Positions 48,198-57,500 of a stretch of DNA of 64,000 nt are shown piece by piece (position 1 is the first letter of the stretch; each line of letters starts with the position of its first letter). The notes below the pieces were generated by a model. It was not told where the DNA came from and did no database searches. It worked only from the letters and a program-made list of their open reading frames with translations. This stretch comes from Candidatus Poribacteria bacterium. Its GTDB lineage: Bacteria > Poribacteria > WGA-4E > PCPOR2b. The position numbers were made by a program, and so were the translations under genes. Location: positions 2,119,181-2,183,180 of the forward strand of contig OZ242335.1 in NCBI GenBank assembly GCA_965208425.1. The letters are read 5' to 3'.

Positions 48198-49028
48198 ATG
48201 AGTACCGAACTAATCATCAAAGATTTACATGTTAGCGTGGAAGATCAGCCTATTATCAAAGGCTTGAACTTGAGTGTTAAGCAGGGTGAAATCCACGCAC
48301 TTATGGGACCAAATGGATCCGGCAAGAGCACCCTCGCCAACGCACTGATGGGGAATCCGTTCTATACGATTGATTCTGGGGAAGTTACCATCGGCGGAGA
48401 GAATATCCTTGAATTAGACCCGAATGAACGCGCAAAGTTAGGGCTTTTCCTAGCGTTTCAATATCCAACGGCGATCCCCGGTGTCAGCATGGCGAACTTC
48501 CTCCGTATGGCGGTGAGTGCCGTGCGGTCTGAGGATTCAAATGGGTCAGATACAACCGAACTTATCCCGATGCGAGAGTTTCGACGTGAGTTGCGTGCAA
48601 AGATGAAACAGCTCGGTGTCGATGAATCGTTCGCACGACGCTACCTCAACGACGGGTTCTCCGGGGGCGAGAAGAAAAGAGCCGAAGTCTTACAACTAGC
48701 GATGCTTGAACCCAAGATCGCCATCCTCGACGAAACCGATTCGGGGTTGGATATCGACGCAGTCCGTATCGTTGGCGAAAGCGTCAATCAATTGATCGGT
48801 CCAAACCTCGGTGTATTGATTATTACGCACTACCCACGCCTGCTCAACTACATCCGTCCGCAGTTCATACATATTCTGCTAGACGGCAGGGTGGTCGAAT
48901 CCGGAGGATGGGAACTCGCTGAACTGCTGGAGGAGAAAGGGTACGATCCCATCCGTGAGGCACACGGTCTCACAGAGGCTGTTGTCGAAGCCGAGCCTGA
49001 AGATACATTGCCCTCTCTAAGAGCATAA
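48198..49028 (+). CDS. sufC: Fe-S cluster assembly ATPase SufC
   Basis: A 276-aa ORF with an AGGAG RBS. Walker A is GPNGSGKSTL. The ABC signature is FSGGEKKR. LHVSVEDQPIIKGLNL is typical of SufC. Confidence 0.92.
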   Translation: MSTELIIKDLHVSVEDQPIIKGLNLSVKQGEIHALMGPNGSGKSTLANALMGNPFYTIDSGEVTIGGENILELDPNERAKLGLFLAFQYPTAIPGVSMANFLRMAVSAVRSEDSNGSDTTELIPMREFRRELRAKMKQLGVDESFARRYLNDGFSGGEKKRAEVLQLAMLEPKIAILDETDSGLDIDAVRIVGESVNQLIGPNLGVLIITHYPRLLNYIRPQFIHILLDGRVVESGGWELAELLEEKGYDPIREAHGLTEAVVEAEPEDTLPSLRA

Positions 49029-49316
49029 AGACGAGTCTCATGTAAAGAAATTGTGTAACAGCAATCGTAGATGCTTGCGTCCTGATTTATCGGAGAGCGA
49101 TGGTCACTCCGCCCGAACATTTCGGGTTTTGGTCAGGTTGTAGGGGTAACCCCCCGATAAATCGGGATTAAGAAACTTGTGGTTGCCCGTCTTTAGTTTT
49201 TCTTTTTTATTTGTGTAGATTCGCGTTAATTCGTGGATCCTTTAATACTTTGCACTTCTTTTTACATGAACCAAAAATAAAACAGATCCACCGAAAGCGG
49301 AAAGGAACTACGAAAA

Positions 49317-50729
49317 ATGGCAGAACAAGAAAAGCCGAACGAGACGGTAGACATTGGCGAATATAAATATGGGTTTCATGATGATGTTAAGCCTGTTTTC
49401 AAATCGCGAAAGGGTTTGGATACTGAGGTCATCAACGAAATGTGTGATGTCAAAGGCGAACCTGACTGGATGCGTGAATACCGGCTGAAAGCCTATGACA
49501 TCTTTAAGCAGAAGCCAGAACTGAAGTGGGGCGGTGACCTCTCTGATCTCGACTACGACGACATCTACTACTACGTCAAAGCCTCTGACCGCGTCGAGCG
49601 CAGTTGGGACGATGTACCAGATGACATCAAGAACACCTTTGATCGACTCGGCATCCCGGAAGCGGAACGGAAATTCCTCGCCGGTGTCGGTGCCCAATAC
49701 GATTCAGAGGTTGTCTATCATAACATCGAAGAAGAGTTAGAGAAAATCGGCGTTATCTTCGTCGATACCGATACCGCTATCCGTGAATATCCGGATCTGG
49801 TCAAAGAGTATTTCGGTACAGTGATTCCGTCTGCGGATAACAAACTTGCCGCGCTCAACTCAGCGGTCTGGTCGGGTGGATCTTTCATCTACGTCCCGCC
49901 CGGGGTGAAAGTCGATTATCCGCTGCAGGCGTACTTCCGTATCAATAGCGAGAACATGGGTCAGTTTGAGCGGACGTTGATTATCGCCGACGAAGGCGCA
50001 GAGGTGCACTACGTCGAAGGCTGCACGGCGCCAACCTTTTCCAGTGAATCGTTACACAGTGCTGTCGTCGAGATTATCTGTAAAAAGGGATCGCGTGTGC
50101 GCTACACCACTATCCAAAACTGGGCGAATAATGTATATAATCTCGTGACCAAGCGAGCAACGGCTTACGAAGATGCCCACATGGAATGGATCGACGGTAA
50201 CCTCGGCTCAAAACTCACGATGAAGTACCCAAGCATTTACATGATGGAGCCCGGTGCACACGGAGAAATCCTCTCAATCGCATTTGCAACCAAGGGACAA
50301 CATCAGGACGCCGGTGGCAAGGTCATTCACTGTGCGCCGAACACCAGTTCGCGTATCACCTCCAAGTCGATTAGCAAAGACGGAGGACGTTCCAGCTACC
50401 GTGGCGAGTTGAAAGTGCTTAATGGCGCGAAAGGGTGTAAGTCCAACGTCGAATGTGATGCCCTGATTCTTGATGAGGAATCACGTTCCGATACCTATCC
50501 GGTTATCCAGATTGACGCAGACGATGTGAACGTCGGTCACGAAGCGCGTGTCAGCAAGATCGGCGAGGAGCAGCTCTTTTATCTGATGAGCCGCGGGCTT
50601 TCCGAAGAGGAAGCCTCCACGATGATTGTCAACGGATTCATCGAGCCACTTGTAAAAGAACTCCCAATGGAGTACGCGGTCGAAATGAACCGCCTGATCC
50701 AACTCCAGATGGAAGGTTCGGTAGGATAA
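49317..50729 (+). CDS. sufB: Fe-S cluster assembly protein SufB
   Basis: A 470-aa ORF. The conserved SufB core is [21 protein letters not shown]...[10 protein letters not shown]. Confidence 0.9.
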   Translation: MAEQEKPNETVDIGEYKYGFHDDVKPVFKSRKGLDTEVINEMCDVKGEPDWMREYRLKAYDIFKQKPELKWGGDLSDLDYDDIYYYVKASDRVERSWDDVPDDIKNTFDRLGIPEAERKFLAGVGAQYDSEVVYHNIEEELEKIGVIFVDTDTAIREYPDLVKEYFGTVIPSADNKLAALNSAVWSGGSFIYVPPGVKVDYPLQAYFRINSENMGQFERTLIIADEGAEVHYVEGCTAPTFSSESLHSAVVEIICKKGSRVRYTTIQNWANNVYNLVTKRATAYEDAHMEWIDGNLGSKLTMKYPSIYMMEPGAHGEILSIAFATKGQHQDAGGKVIHCAPNTSSRITSKSISKDGGRSSYRGELKVLNGAKGCKSNVECDALILDEESRSDTYPVIQIDADDVNVGHEARVSKIGEEQLFYLMSRGLSEEEASTMIVNGFIEPLVKELPMEYAVEMNRLIQLQMEGSVG

Positions 50730-50864
50730 CGCAAGTTGCTAGTTGATAAACTAAGTGCTGGAAACGGACGCAAGAGTCGGGAATTGGAATTCCCTCCTAC
50801 AAAAAAACAGACTGTAGGAGCGATATCCGAATCGCGACAAGAGACTCAATGTTGAGAAAATAAC

Positions 50865-51113
50865 ATGGCAACAGTTACCCTTGACGAAATTCAACGTGAT
50901 TTTTTGGGCTATCTCCACCGCGTTCAAGCCGGTGAAACGCTTGTCATCATGCAAGTTGATAAACCTGTGGCGACAATGAAACCGATTGAGATGAATCATA
51001 CACAGGAACTTCGCCCTTTTGGCTTGTGTGCGGGCGAATTTCGAGTTCCTGATGACTTTGATGATCTGTTGCCAGAAGAAATTATCAAGCAATTTGAGGG
51101 CAGCAAGTTGTAG
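50865..51113 (+). CDS. Phd/YefM-like type II antitoxin family protein (orphan; no toxin gene follows)
   Basis: An 82-aa ORF. MATVTLDEIQRDFLGYLHRVQAGETLVIMQVDKPVATMKP has the antitoxin N-terminal fold pattern. The C-terminal EFRVPDDFDDLLPEEIIKQFEG tail is typical of this group. It is inserted between sufB and sufD and flanked by repeat clusters (50760-50860, 51120-51300). Confidence 0.5.
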   Translation: MATVTLDEIQRDFLGYLHRVQAGETLVIMQVDKPVATMKPIEMNHTQELRPFGLCAGEFRVPDDFDDLLPEEIIKQFEGSKL

Positions 51114-51337
51114 AGAATAACAATCGTTGTTCCCTACGATGCTGATTCTTATCGGGGCTGCTCCGTTAAGCCCCAGCGGGGCGACATGTGTGTTTTTGCT
51201 CCAGAGGAGCAGCATGTCTATAGAAGGACAATACGTCCAACGCTCGCGCTCCAGAGGAGCGCAATATGTATAGCAAGGGTGAATCACCACAACCCGAAGT
51301 CCCGGCGGAGCTTGAGTTACAATATCGTTAGATAGAG

Positions 51338-52747
51338 ATGGAGACTGAATTGCCTTCAGAGTTAAAACACAATCCCCCTTACGAGGTTCAAGCGGGGGAT
51401 TTTTCACGAGAATTTGTAGAACATATATCCAAAACGCAGGACGAACCCCGTTGGATGCGTGAACGGAGACTGGCAGCATATGATGTTTACGACCAATTGC
51501 CAATTCCCAAGACACCCAATGAGGATACGTGGAGGCGGACGACGGATATGCACGTCCAAGACTATTGGCGTCGTACTGACCTTCGTCGGTTCAAGCTGGA
51601 TCAGTATCATCCCATTTCGCTTTCGCCTTCCGAATCCGCCGAACATGCCCCACTGCCTGATGGGCTAGCAAATCGGCTGGCATCGTTGAATGGAGAGCCG
51701 GGGCAGATAGTTCAGCAGGACGGGATCGTTCGCAATGTTGCGTTGGCAGAAGACCTTGAACGTAAGGACATTTACTTCGCAGATATGAATACCGCGTTGA
51801 AGGAACGCCCTGAGCTGGTCGAATCCTATTTTATGACCAAAGCCGTGCCGGTCGATTGGAATAAGTTCGATGCGCTCCACGGTGCGTTTTGGCAGGGTGG
51901 TTATCTGTTACATGTGCCACAAGGCACCGTCCTTGAAGTTCCATTGCGTGTGTTTGTCGCACTCTCTGAGGCGGGACGAACAGATCTATCACACACGCTA
52001 ATCATTGCCGATGAGGGTAGTCAAGTCACTGTTCTGGAAGAGCAGCTCTCTACAGATGCGGATACGCCCGGATTGCACTGTGGGGCTGTCGAAATTCTTG
52101 TCGCAGACAATGCCCATGTGAACTACGTCGGGGTACAAAGGTGGAATCTCCGGACTTGGAATTTTTCGACACAACGGGCGATTATCGGGAGAGACGCACA
52201 GTTGCGTTGGGCATCGAGTGCTTTAGGGAGTCGTGTGAGCAAACTCAATCAGTTATCGGTGTTGGAGCAGCCGGGCAGTCACGTCGAGATGCTCGGATTG
52301 ACCTTTACACACGCCCGGCAGCACCTCGATATTCACACATATCAGGACCATCAAGCGCCTCACACAACAAGCGATCTGCTCTATCGAACTGTCCTCAAGG
52401 ATCGCTCGCGGAGTGTGTGGGCGGGCATGATCCACGTCCACCCCGGTGGTCAACATACCGATGCCTATCAGAAGAACGATAATCTGATGTTAAGCGACCA
52501 TGCCCGCGCAGACCCCCTGCCCGGACTCGAAATCTTAGCCAGTGAAGGCATCCGTTGTACACACGGTGCTACAGCAGGTCCTATCGATAAAGATCAGGTG
52601 TTTTACCTCATGAGTCGTGGCTTGTCTCACGACGCAGCAGAACGGTTGATTGTTGACGGCTTTTTTGAACCCGTGATGCAGCGGATTTCGTTAGAATCGG
52701 TTCGGACGCAGCTTCAGCAATCGATCGATCACAAATTAGCGATGTAA
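51338..52747 (+). CDS. sufD: Fe-S cluster assembly protein SufD
   Basis: A 469-aa ORF, paralogous to SufB ([16 protein letters not shown]...). Its position after sufB supports the call. Confidence 0.85.
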   Translation: METELPSELKHNPPYEVQAGDFSREFVEHISKTQDEPRWMRERRLAAYDVYDQLPIPKTPNEDTWRRTTDMHVQDYWRRTDLRRFKLDQYHPISLSPSESAEHAPLPDGLANRLASLNGEPGQIVQQDGIVRNVALAEDLERKDIYFADMNTALKERPELVESYFMTKAVPVDWNKFDALHGAFWQGGYLLHVPQGTVLEVPLRVFVALSEAGRTDLSHTLIIADEGSQVTVLEEQLSTDADTPGLHCGAVEILVADNAHVNYVGVQRWNLRTWNFSTQRAIIGRDAQLRWASSALGSRVSKLNQLSVLEQPGSHVEMLGLTFTHARQHLDIHTYQDHQAPHTTSDLLYRTVLKDRSRSVWAGMIHVHPGGQHTDAYQKNDNLMLSDHARADPLPGLEILASEGIRCTHGATAGPIDKDQVFYLMSRGLSHDAAERLIVDGFFEPVMQRISLESVRTQLQQSIDHKLAM

Positions 52748-52796
52748 CCGTGCAAAAACCACAGCGCGTTTACTATGGGAAATCGTGTGATTACCC

Positions 52797-52912
52797 AGGG
52801 CGTGTTGACATTTTGATGTTGCTAATTCGGTGAACGCTGTAATCATTGGGTAATCTGGCAAATGTAGCGCAAACTGTTAGTTTGCGACCTAGATCACAAT
52901 CTAACAAATTGT
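52797..52912 (+). repeat. 115-bp dispersed element, copy 1; an inverted copy lies at 57885-58000
   Basis: CAGGGCGTGTTGACATTTTGATGTTGCTAATTCGGTGAACGCTGTAATCATTGGGTAATCTGGCAAATGTAGCGCAAACTGTTAGTTTGCGACCTAGATCACAATCTAA matches the reverse complement of 57885-58000 at more than 85%. Confidence 0.85.
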
Positions 52913-53221
52913 GGTACAAAAGGCCACTTTTACAAAAAAACTTTGTTGGGTTTCACTCTATCCGTCTATAAGCAGGTGTTGTTGGACGACCAAGCCTCTA
53001 TTGGGCTTGAGAGGGATTCCCGTTTAACCGTTCAACCCAACCTACGGACTGTTAAATGTTAACAGAACCTAGCATTTAAGAGGTCATTTAACAGGAACCG
53101 ATTAAATACACTAGTTCATCAGTTCAGAGGTTCATCCATGAACCTATAAACCCCTGACTGTTTACGCATCACGTTTCACGTTTCATTCTTCACACTTTTC
53201 AAAATTGAAAGGAACCTAACA

Positions 53222-53596
53222 ATGAGTCAGCCAAAAATTACCGCTTATATGAAACCTGTTTGCGGTTGGAGCAATGGTGTCCGCGCGATCTTCCAAAAAT
53301 ATGGTTTGGAATACGACGATCGCGACATTATCAACAACGCAGATAACTATCGTGAAATGGTCGAGAAGAGTGGTCAGCCACTTCAACCGACAATTGAGAT
53401 CAATGACGAGATTATCGCTGATGTCAGCGGCGACGAAGTCGAAGCATACCTCATCGCAAAAGGTTATGTCCAACAGAGTGATGCCGAGGCTGGCGTGCCG
53501 ACAGACGCGGCATGTGAAGACCACGGCGAAACAGTCGATGTCTCGTTCTCAGGTGGGAAATTGACCAACTGGGCAAGCAACCTGTTTTCAAAATAA
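53222..53596 (+). CDS. glutaredoxin-like thioredoxin-fold protein with C-terminal extension
   Basis: A 124-aa ORF with an AAAGGAA RBS. KITAYMKPVCGWSNGVRAIFQKYGLEYDDRDI resembles the glutaredoxin/NrdH fold, with a CGWS active-site variant. Confidence 0.5.
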   Translation: MSQPKITAYMKPVCGWSNGVRAIFQKYGLEYDDRDIINNADNYREMVEKSGQPLQPTIEINDEIIADVSGDEVEAYLIAKGYVQQSDAEAGVPTDAACEDHGETVDVSFSGGKLTNWASNLFSK

Positions 53597-53599
53597 ATC

Positions 53600-53660
53600 C
53601 GTAATGCGTAAAACGTGAAACGTAAAAACATTCATTGTTACGTTTTACGTTTTACGCCTT
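53600..53660. promoter_or_regulatory. dyad-symmetric heptad-repeat element (GCGTAAAACGTGAAACGTAAAAAC / GTTACGTTTTACGTTTTACGC) between the grx-like gene and sufS
   Basis: This is an imperfect ~21-bp-arm inverted repeat built from (A/T)ACGT(G/T)AA heptads. Related heptad clusters lie at 2006-2030, 37503-37535, 43508-43532, 46688-46727, 53161-53192 and 55663-55700. Confidence 0.55.
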
Positions 53661-53691
53661 CATCCTTGGAATCCCGATGCACGCCCAACCC

Positions 53692-54939
53692 ATGAACAAT
53701 TTACTCAATGAACTTGATATCGAAGCTATCCGAAGCGATTTTTCCATTCTACAAACGGAAAACGATCTACCCTTGATCTATCTGGATAGCGCCGCGACCT
53801 CCCAAACACCGGATTGCGTCATTGAGGCGATGGATGCATATTACCGGACCTATAACTCAAATATACATCGGGGCATCTACCGTATTTCCGAGGAAGCGAC
53901 CGCCAAGTATGAGGAGGCGCGAAAGCGGATCGGACGGTTCATCAATGCCCGCCGTTCCAGCCAAATTATCTTTACACGAAACACCACCGAATCGATCAAC
54001 TTAGTTGCATATAGTTGGGGGAGTGCCAATCTCCGAGAGGGCGATGAAATCCTTGTCACGGTAATGGAACACCACAGCAACCTCCTACCGTGGCAGTTGC
54101 TATCCCAACGCACCGGAGCGAAGCTGCGATTTATTGAAATCACCGACGAAGGGGTATTGCAGCTTGATGATTTGGAAACGCTGTTGACAGAACGCACCAA
54201 GATAGTTGCAATGACCCACGTTTCCAACGTCCTCGGTACTATCAATCCCGTTCAGGAACTTATAGCCGCTGCCCACGGTGTCGGCGCGAAAGTGCTGATT
54301 GATGGTGCACAGAGCGTGCCGCATTTTGACGTGGATGTACAGGAGCTAGATTGCGATTTTCTCGCTTTTTCAGGGCACAAAATGTGCGGTCCCACCGGCA
54401 TAGGCGTTCTGTACGGCAAGTCAGACCTCTTGGAGGAGATGCCGCCATTTTTGGGCGGTGGTTCGATGATCCGCTCCGTCCAGCGTGAAAGTTCGACCTA
54501 CGCCGATGTGCCAGCCAAATTTGAAGCAGGGACGCCAGCCATTTCAGAAGCAATCGGACTTGGAGCTGCCGTAGACTATCTTGACAACGTTGGATTAGAA
54601 GCGATCTTTGTGCATGAGCAAGAGTTACTTGAATATGCACACCAAAAACTGGTCGAAATTGAGGGCATTACCATCTATGGTCCCAAGCCCCGGCAAAAAA
54701 CAGGAGCAATCACATTTAACTTGGAGGGGATCCACCCTCACGATTTAGCAGGCGTCTTAGATACGGTTGGAGTAGCAGTCCGCGCCGGCCACCATTGTGC
54801 ACAACCGCTCATGCATAAATTTGGGGTTATCGCTACAGTCCGCGCAAGTTTCTACCTTTACAACAAACTTGACGAGATCGACACCCTGCATGAAGGATTG
54901 CTGAAAGCCCAACGTATGCTGACACGGAGACGAAGATGA
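53692..54939 (+). CDS. sufS: cysteine desulfurase SufS
   Basis: The ORF track starts at 53635; a more likely start is 53692 (MNNLLNELDIEAIRSDFSIL...). Conserved motifs are PLIYLDSAATSQTP, HHSN, the SGHKMCGPTGIGVLYG PLP-lysine motif and the RAGHHCAQP catalytic Cys loop. Confidence 0.9.
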   Translation: MNNLLNELDIEAIRSDFSILQTENDLPLIYLDSAATSQTPDCVIEAMDAYYRTYNSNIHRGIYRISEEATAKYEEARKRIGRFINARRSSQIIFTRNTTESINLVAYSWGSANLREGDEILVTVMEHHSNLLPWQLLSQRTGAKLRFIEITDEGVLQLDDLETLLTERTKIVAMTHVSNVLGTINPVQELIAAAHGVGAKVLIDGAQSVPHFDVDVQELDCDFLAFSGHKMCGPTGIGVLYGKSDLLEEMPPFLGGGSMIRSVQRESSTYADVPAKFEAGTPAISEAIGLGAAVDYLDNVGLEAIFVHEQELLEYAHQKLVEIEGITIYGPKPRQKTGAITFNLEGIHPHDLAGVLDTVGVAVRAGHHCAQPLMHKFGVIATVRASFYLYNKLDEIDTLHEGLLKAQRMLTRRRR

Positions 54940-55334
54940 ACATTTACGAAGAAGACATTCTCGATCATTACGAAAACCCAAGCAATTACGGAACCCTTGA
55001 GAATCCAGACATCTCTTATGAAGAGGACAATCCCCTATGCGGCGATCAGATTCGTATGGATCTCAAGGTAGAGGACGGTGTTATAACCGACCTGCGGTTC
55101 TGTGGACACGGTTGCACTATCAGCCAAGCAGCCGCTTCAATGTTGACAGAAGAGGTTAAGGGCAAACATCTAAATGAAGTCAAACAGTTAAGCAGAGATG
55201 ATATTTTAGATATGCTCGGTATCCCCTTAGGTCCCGTCCGTCTCAAGTGTGGACTGTTAGCACTCAAAGTGCTAAAAGCCGGTGCGTATGGCATCAAGGG
55301 TTGGCCCGGAGAAGAAGACGAGGAGACGGAATGA
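54936..55334 (+). CDS. sufU: SUF-system NifU/IscU-family scaffold protein SufU
   Basis: A 132-aa ORF. Its ATGA overlaps the sufS stop. It has the NPLCGDQIRMDLKVEDGVITDLRFCGHGCTIS three-Cys scaffold. Confidence 0.85.
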   Translation: MNIYEEDILDHYENPSNYGTLENPDISYEEDNPLCGDQIRMDLKVEDGVITDLRFCGHGCTISQAAASMLTEEVKGKHLNEVKQLSRDDILDMLGIPLGPVRLKCGLLALKVLKAGAYGIKGWPGEEDEETE

Positions 55335-55645
55335 GCGAGTTTTTTGAGGTCGCAAAAGTCAGCGAACTGCCACCGGGGGGGAAAAAACTGGTTGAGGTGG
55401 ACGACATACCCGTCGCGCTATTCAACGTGAACGGCGAGTTTTTCGCCATCGAAGATGTCTGCACCCACGATGGAGGTCCCCTCGCTGAAGGCGAACTCGA
55501 CGGCGACGAGATCGAATGCCCGCGACACGGAGCACGTTTCAACGTCTGCACCGGTGCAGCACTGTGTATGCCAGCGACCGAACCTGTCGAGTGTTACGAA
55601 GTCAAAGTTGAGGGCGATGCGGTTTTCGTCCGCACAGATTATTAA
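55331..55645 (+). CDS. Rieske [2Fe-2S] ferredoxin-like protein
   Basis: The start at 55331 (MSEFFEV) overlaps the sufU stop with ATGA. CTHDGGPL...CPRHGARF gives the CxH...CxxH Rieske ligands. The ORF-track start at 55247 is probably an over-extension. Confidence 0.8.
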   Translation: MSEFFEVAKVSELPPGGKKLVEVDDIPVALFNVNGEFFAIEDVCTHDGGPLAEGELDGDEIECPRHGARFNVCTGAALCMPATEPVECYEVKVEGDAVFVRTDY

Positions 55646-55722
55646 ACCTTTGGTGCTAGTTGGTTTCACGTTTTACGTTTTACGCATCACGTTTTACTCT
55701 CAGTTGTGAATGGAGGATTCTG

Positions 55723-56022
55723 ATGGTAACAGAAGATTCTGTATTTGAAGCGGTCAAAGAGATTATCGATCCAGAGGTTGGTATCAATATTGTTGATATG
55801 GGACTGATTTACGGCGTTGATATTGAGGACGAAACTGTTAACATCACAATGACCCTCACCAGCCCAGGCTGTCCTGCCGGTGGACAACTTATCAATGGAA
55901 CGCAGCATGTCACCCAACAACTTGAGGGTGTTGACGAGGTGAACATCAATGTCGTTTGGACGCCGCGTTGGACCCCAGAGATGATGACCGAAGAAGCTAA
56001 GGACGAGTTAGGTATCTTTTAA
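55723..56022 (+). CDS. SufT/DUF59 (MIP18-family) Fe-S assembly accessory protein
   Basis: A GGAGGA RBS precedes the ATG at 55723 (MVTEDSVFEAVKEIIDPEVGINIVDMGLIYGV...LTSPGCP...). This is the typical DUF59 signature. Confidence 0.8.
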   Translation: MVTEDSVFEAVKEIIDPEVGINIVDMGLIYGVDIEDETVNITMTLTSPGCPAGGQLINGTQHVTQQLEGVDEVNINVVWTPRWTPEMMTEEAKDELGIF

Positions 56023-56073
56023 CCTAGAGGCATCTAATTCTCCTGTGGGAGGGATTTCCCAATCCCGACGCTC

Positions 56074-56442
56074 ATGAGACAGCAACAACCAAAAACGATC
56101 AAAAGGTTGGGGAACGACGGTCTACAAATCCTCTGGAAAGATGGGCACGAGAGCGAATACACCTATCCATATCTCAGGCGTATGTGTCCATGTGCAGAGT
56201 GTTCAACAATAAGGCACAGGGGACAGGACGTTCACTCCCTATTCGGTCCAGAAGGACTCGGCGATCCCAACCAGATTTCAGTGCCAGCCGATACCCAACC
56301 CCTTAACCTTGAACTTGTTGGTCGTTATGCCATCCAGTTTACTTGGAGCGATGGCCATTCGACCGGCATCTATTCTTTTGAAACACTCAGAGAAATCTGC
56401 CCTTGTCCGCGGTGTGTCTCGAATGATGAAAGGAAGATTTGA
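56074..56442 (+). CDS. DUF971 domain protein
   Basis: A 122-aa ORF with two copies of the W.DGH...Y....LR..CPC..C motif (LQILWKDGHESEYTYPYLRRMCPCAEC; FTWSDGHSTGIYSFETLREICPCPRC). Confidence 0.7.
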   Translation: MRQQQPKTIKRLGNDGLQILWKDGHESEYTYPYLRRMCPCAECSTIRHRGQDVHSLFGPEGLGDPNQISVPADTQPLNLELVGRYAIQFTWSDGHSTGIYSFETLREICPCPRCVSNDERKI

Positions 56443-56696
56443 CGATGAAGCGTCTGAACTGGGAGCAAGCCGATTCGCACAAAGCCAAACAGATATGGGA
56501 GGAATACCAGGAGCAGCATAATCTTTCAGATCGAATTGGGCAAACAGCGGGAATCGATCCGAAAAGTAAACGCATTTGGTTTGGCTCTTCAATTCGAGAT
56601 ATTGTTGTGAAAAGGACTAACGAAGGCTTGAGTTCTCCGCTTTTCTTTCAACGAGTCGGCTCTGAAACCTATTTTCGCAAGGGTGGTCGCCGGTGA
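56439..56696 (+). CDS. hypothetical small protein, likely translationally coupled to the downstream retropepsin-like protease
   Basis: An 85-aa ORF. It overlaps both the upstream and the downstream gene by 4 nt. Its GC content is lower than in the suf genes. Confidence 0.4.
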   Translation: MTMKRLNWEQADSHKAKQIWEEYQEQHNLSDRIGQTAGIDPKSKRIWFGSSIRDIVVKRTNEGLSSPLFFQRVGSETYFRKGGRR

Positions 56697-57055
56697 TTCA
56701 CGGAACGGTCTCCGTTGATGGTGTGCCAACAATCCCTCTGTCAATTGCTAGTCAAGATTGGAGGGCTACTATTGACACAGGCTTCAACGGCGATCTGGAA
56801 TTGCCTGAATCTCTACGAGATTCTTTGAATGCTCGTTATGTTGGTCAAGCGACTTCTGCTTTAGCCGGAGGCCAAACGATTGAAGAAGCTGTTTATTTAG
56901 TCGATTTTCCTTTTGATGGTGAAGTCATTCAGGCAGAGGCGACTTTCGTTGTCGAGCATCATATTCTGATAGGTACTTGTCTGTTGCGAGAGTATCGTTT
57001 ACAGATTAATTTTGTACTCCAAACTGTTGAATTGGAAAAGGTTGCTATTTCATAA
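56693..57055 (+). CDS. retropepsin-like (clan AA) aspartic protease
   Basis: A 120-aa ORF. IDTGFNGDLELP contains the D-T/S-G catalytic triad in its usual context. The size and the hydrophobic C-terminal dimerization region fit bacterial clan AA proteases. Confidence 0.6.
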   Translation: MIHGTVSVDGVPTIPLSIASQDWRATIDTGFNGDLELPESLRDSLNARYVGQATSALAGGQTIEEAVYLVDFPFDGEVIQAEATFVVEHHILIGTCLLREYRLQINFVLQTVELEKVAIS

Positions 57056-57110
57056 CTAAGGAAATCTGTCCCTGTCCGCAGTGTACTTAATCGAAACTGA
57101 GGTATAAAAA

Positions 57111-57482
57111 TTGAAAACAGCAGACACCTCTCCCTCCGAAGTGCCTCCACCATTTCAGCCAGAGAAACACGAAATCTCGGTCCAAGAACTCAAGGGTAAA
57201 CTCGATCAAGGCGAACCGATCCAACTTATTGATGTTCGAGAACCGGTGGAACATCAGATCGTTTGTCTTGAAGAGGCACAACTTATCCCGATGAATGATC
57301 TCCCCCAACATATTGAGCAACTCGATCCGAGCCAAGAAATCATACTCCATTGTCATCACGGAATACGAAGTATGCAAGTCGCCTACTACCTATACCAGAA
57401 CGGTTTCCAAAATGTGAAAAGTTTGACCGGCGGAATTGACCAGTGGGCAATTGAAATTGATCCCACACTAAATCGTTACTGA
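57111..57482 (+). CDS. rhodanese-like sulfurtransferase domain protein
   Basis: A 123-aa ORF with the IQLIDVREPVEH...ILHCHHGIRS active-site Cys loop (CHHGIRS). Confidence 0.85.
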   Translation: MKTADTSPSEVPPPFQPEKHEISVQELKGKLDQGEPIQLIDVREPVEHQIVCLEEAQLIPMNDLPQHIEQLDPSQEIILHCHHGIRSMQVAYYLYQNGFQNVKSLTGGIDQWAIEIDPTLNRY

Positions 57483-57500
57483 TTCTTAGAGAGGATTAAA

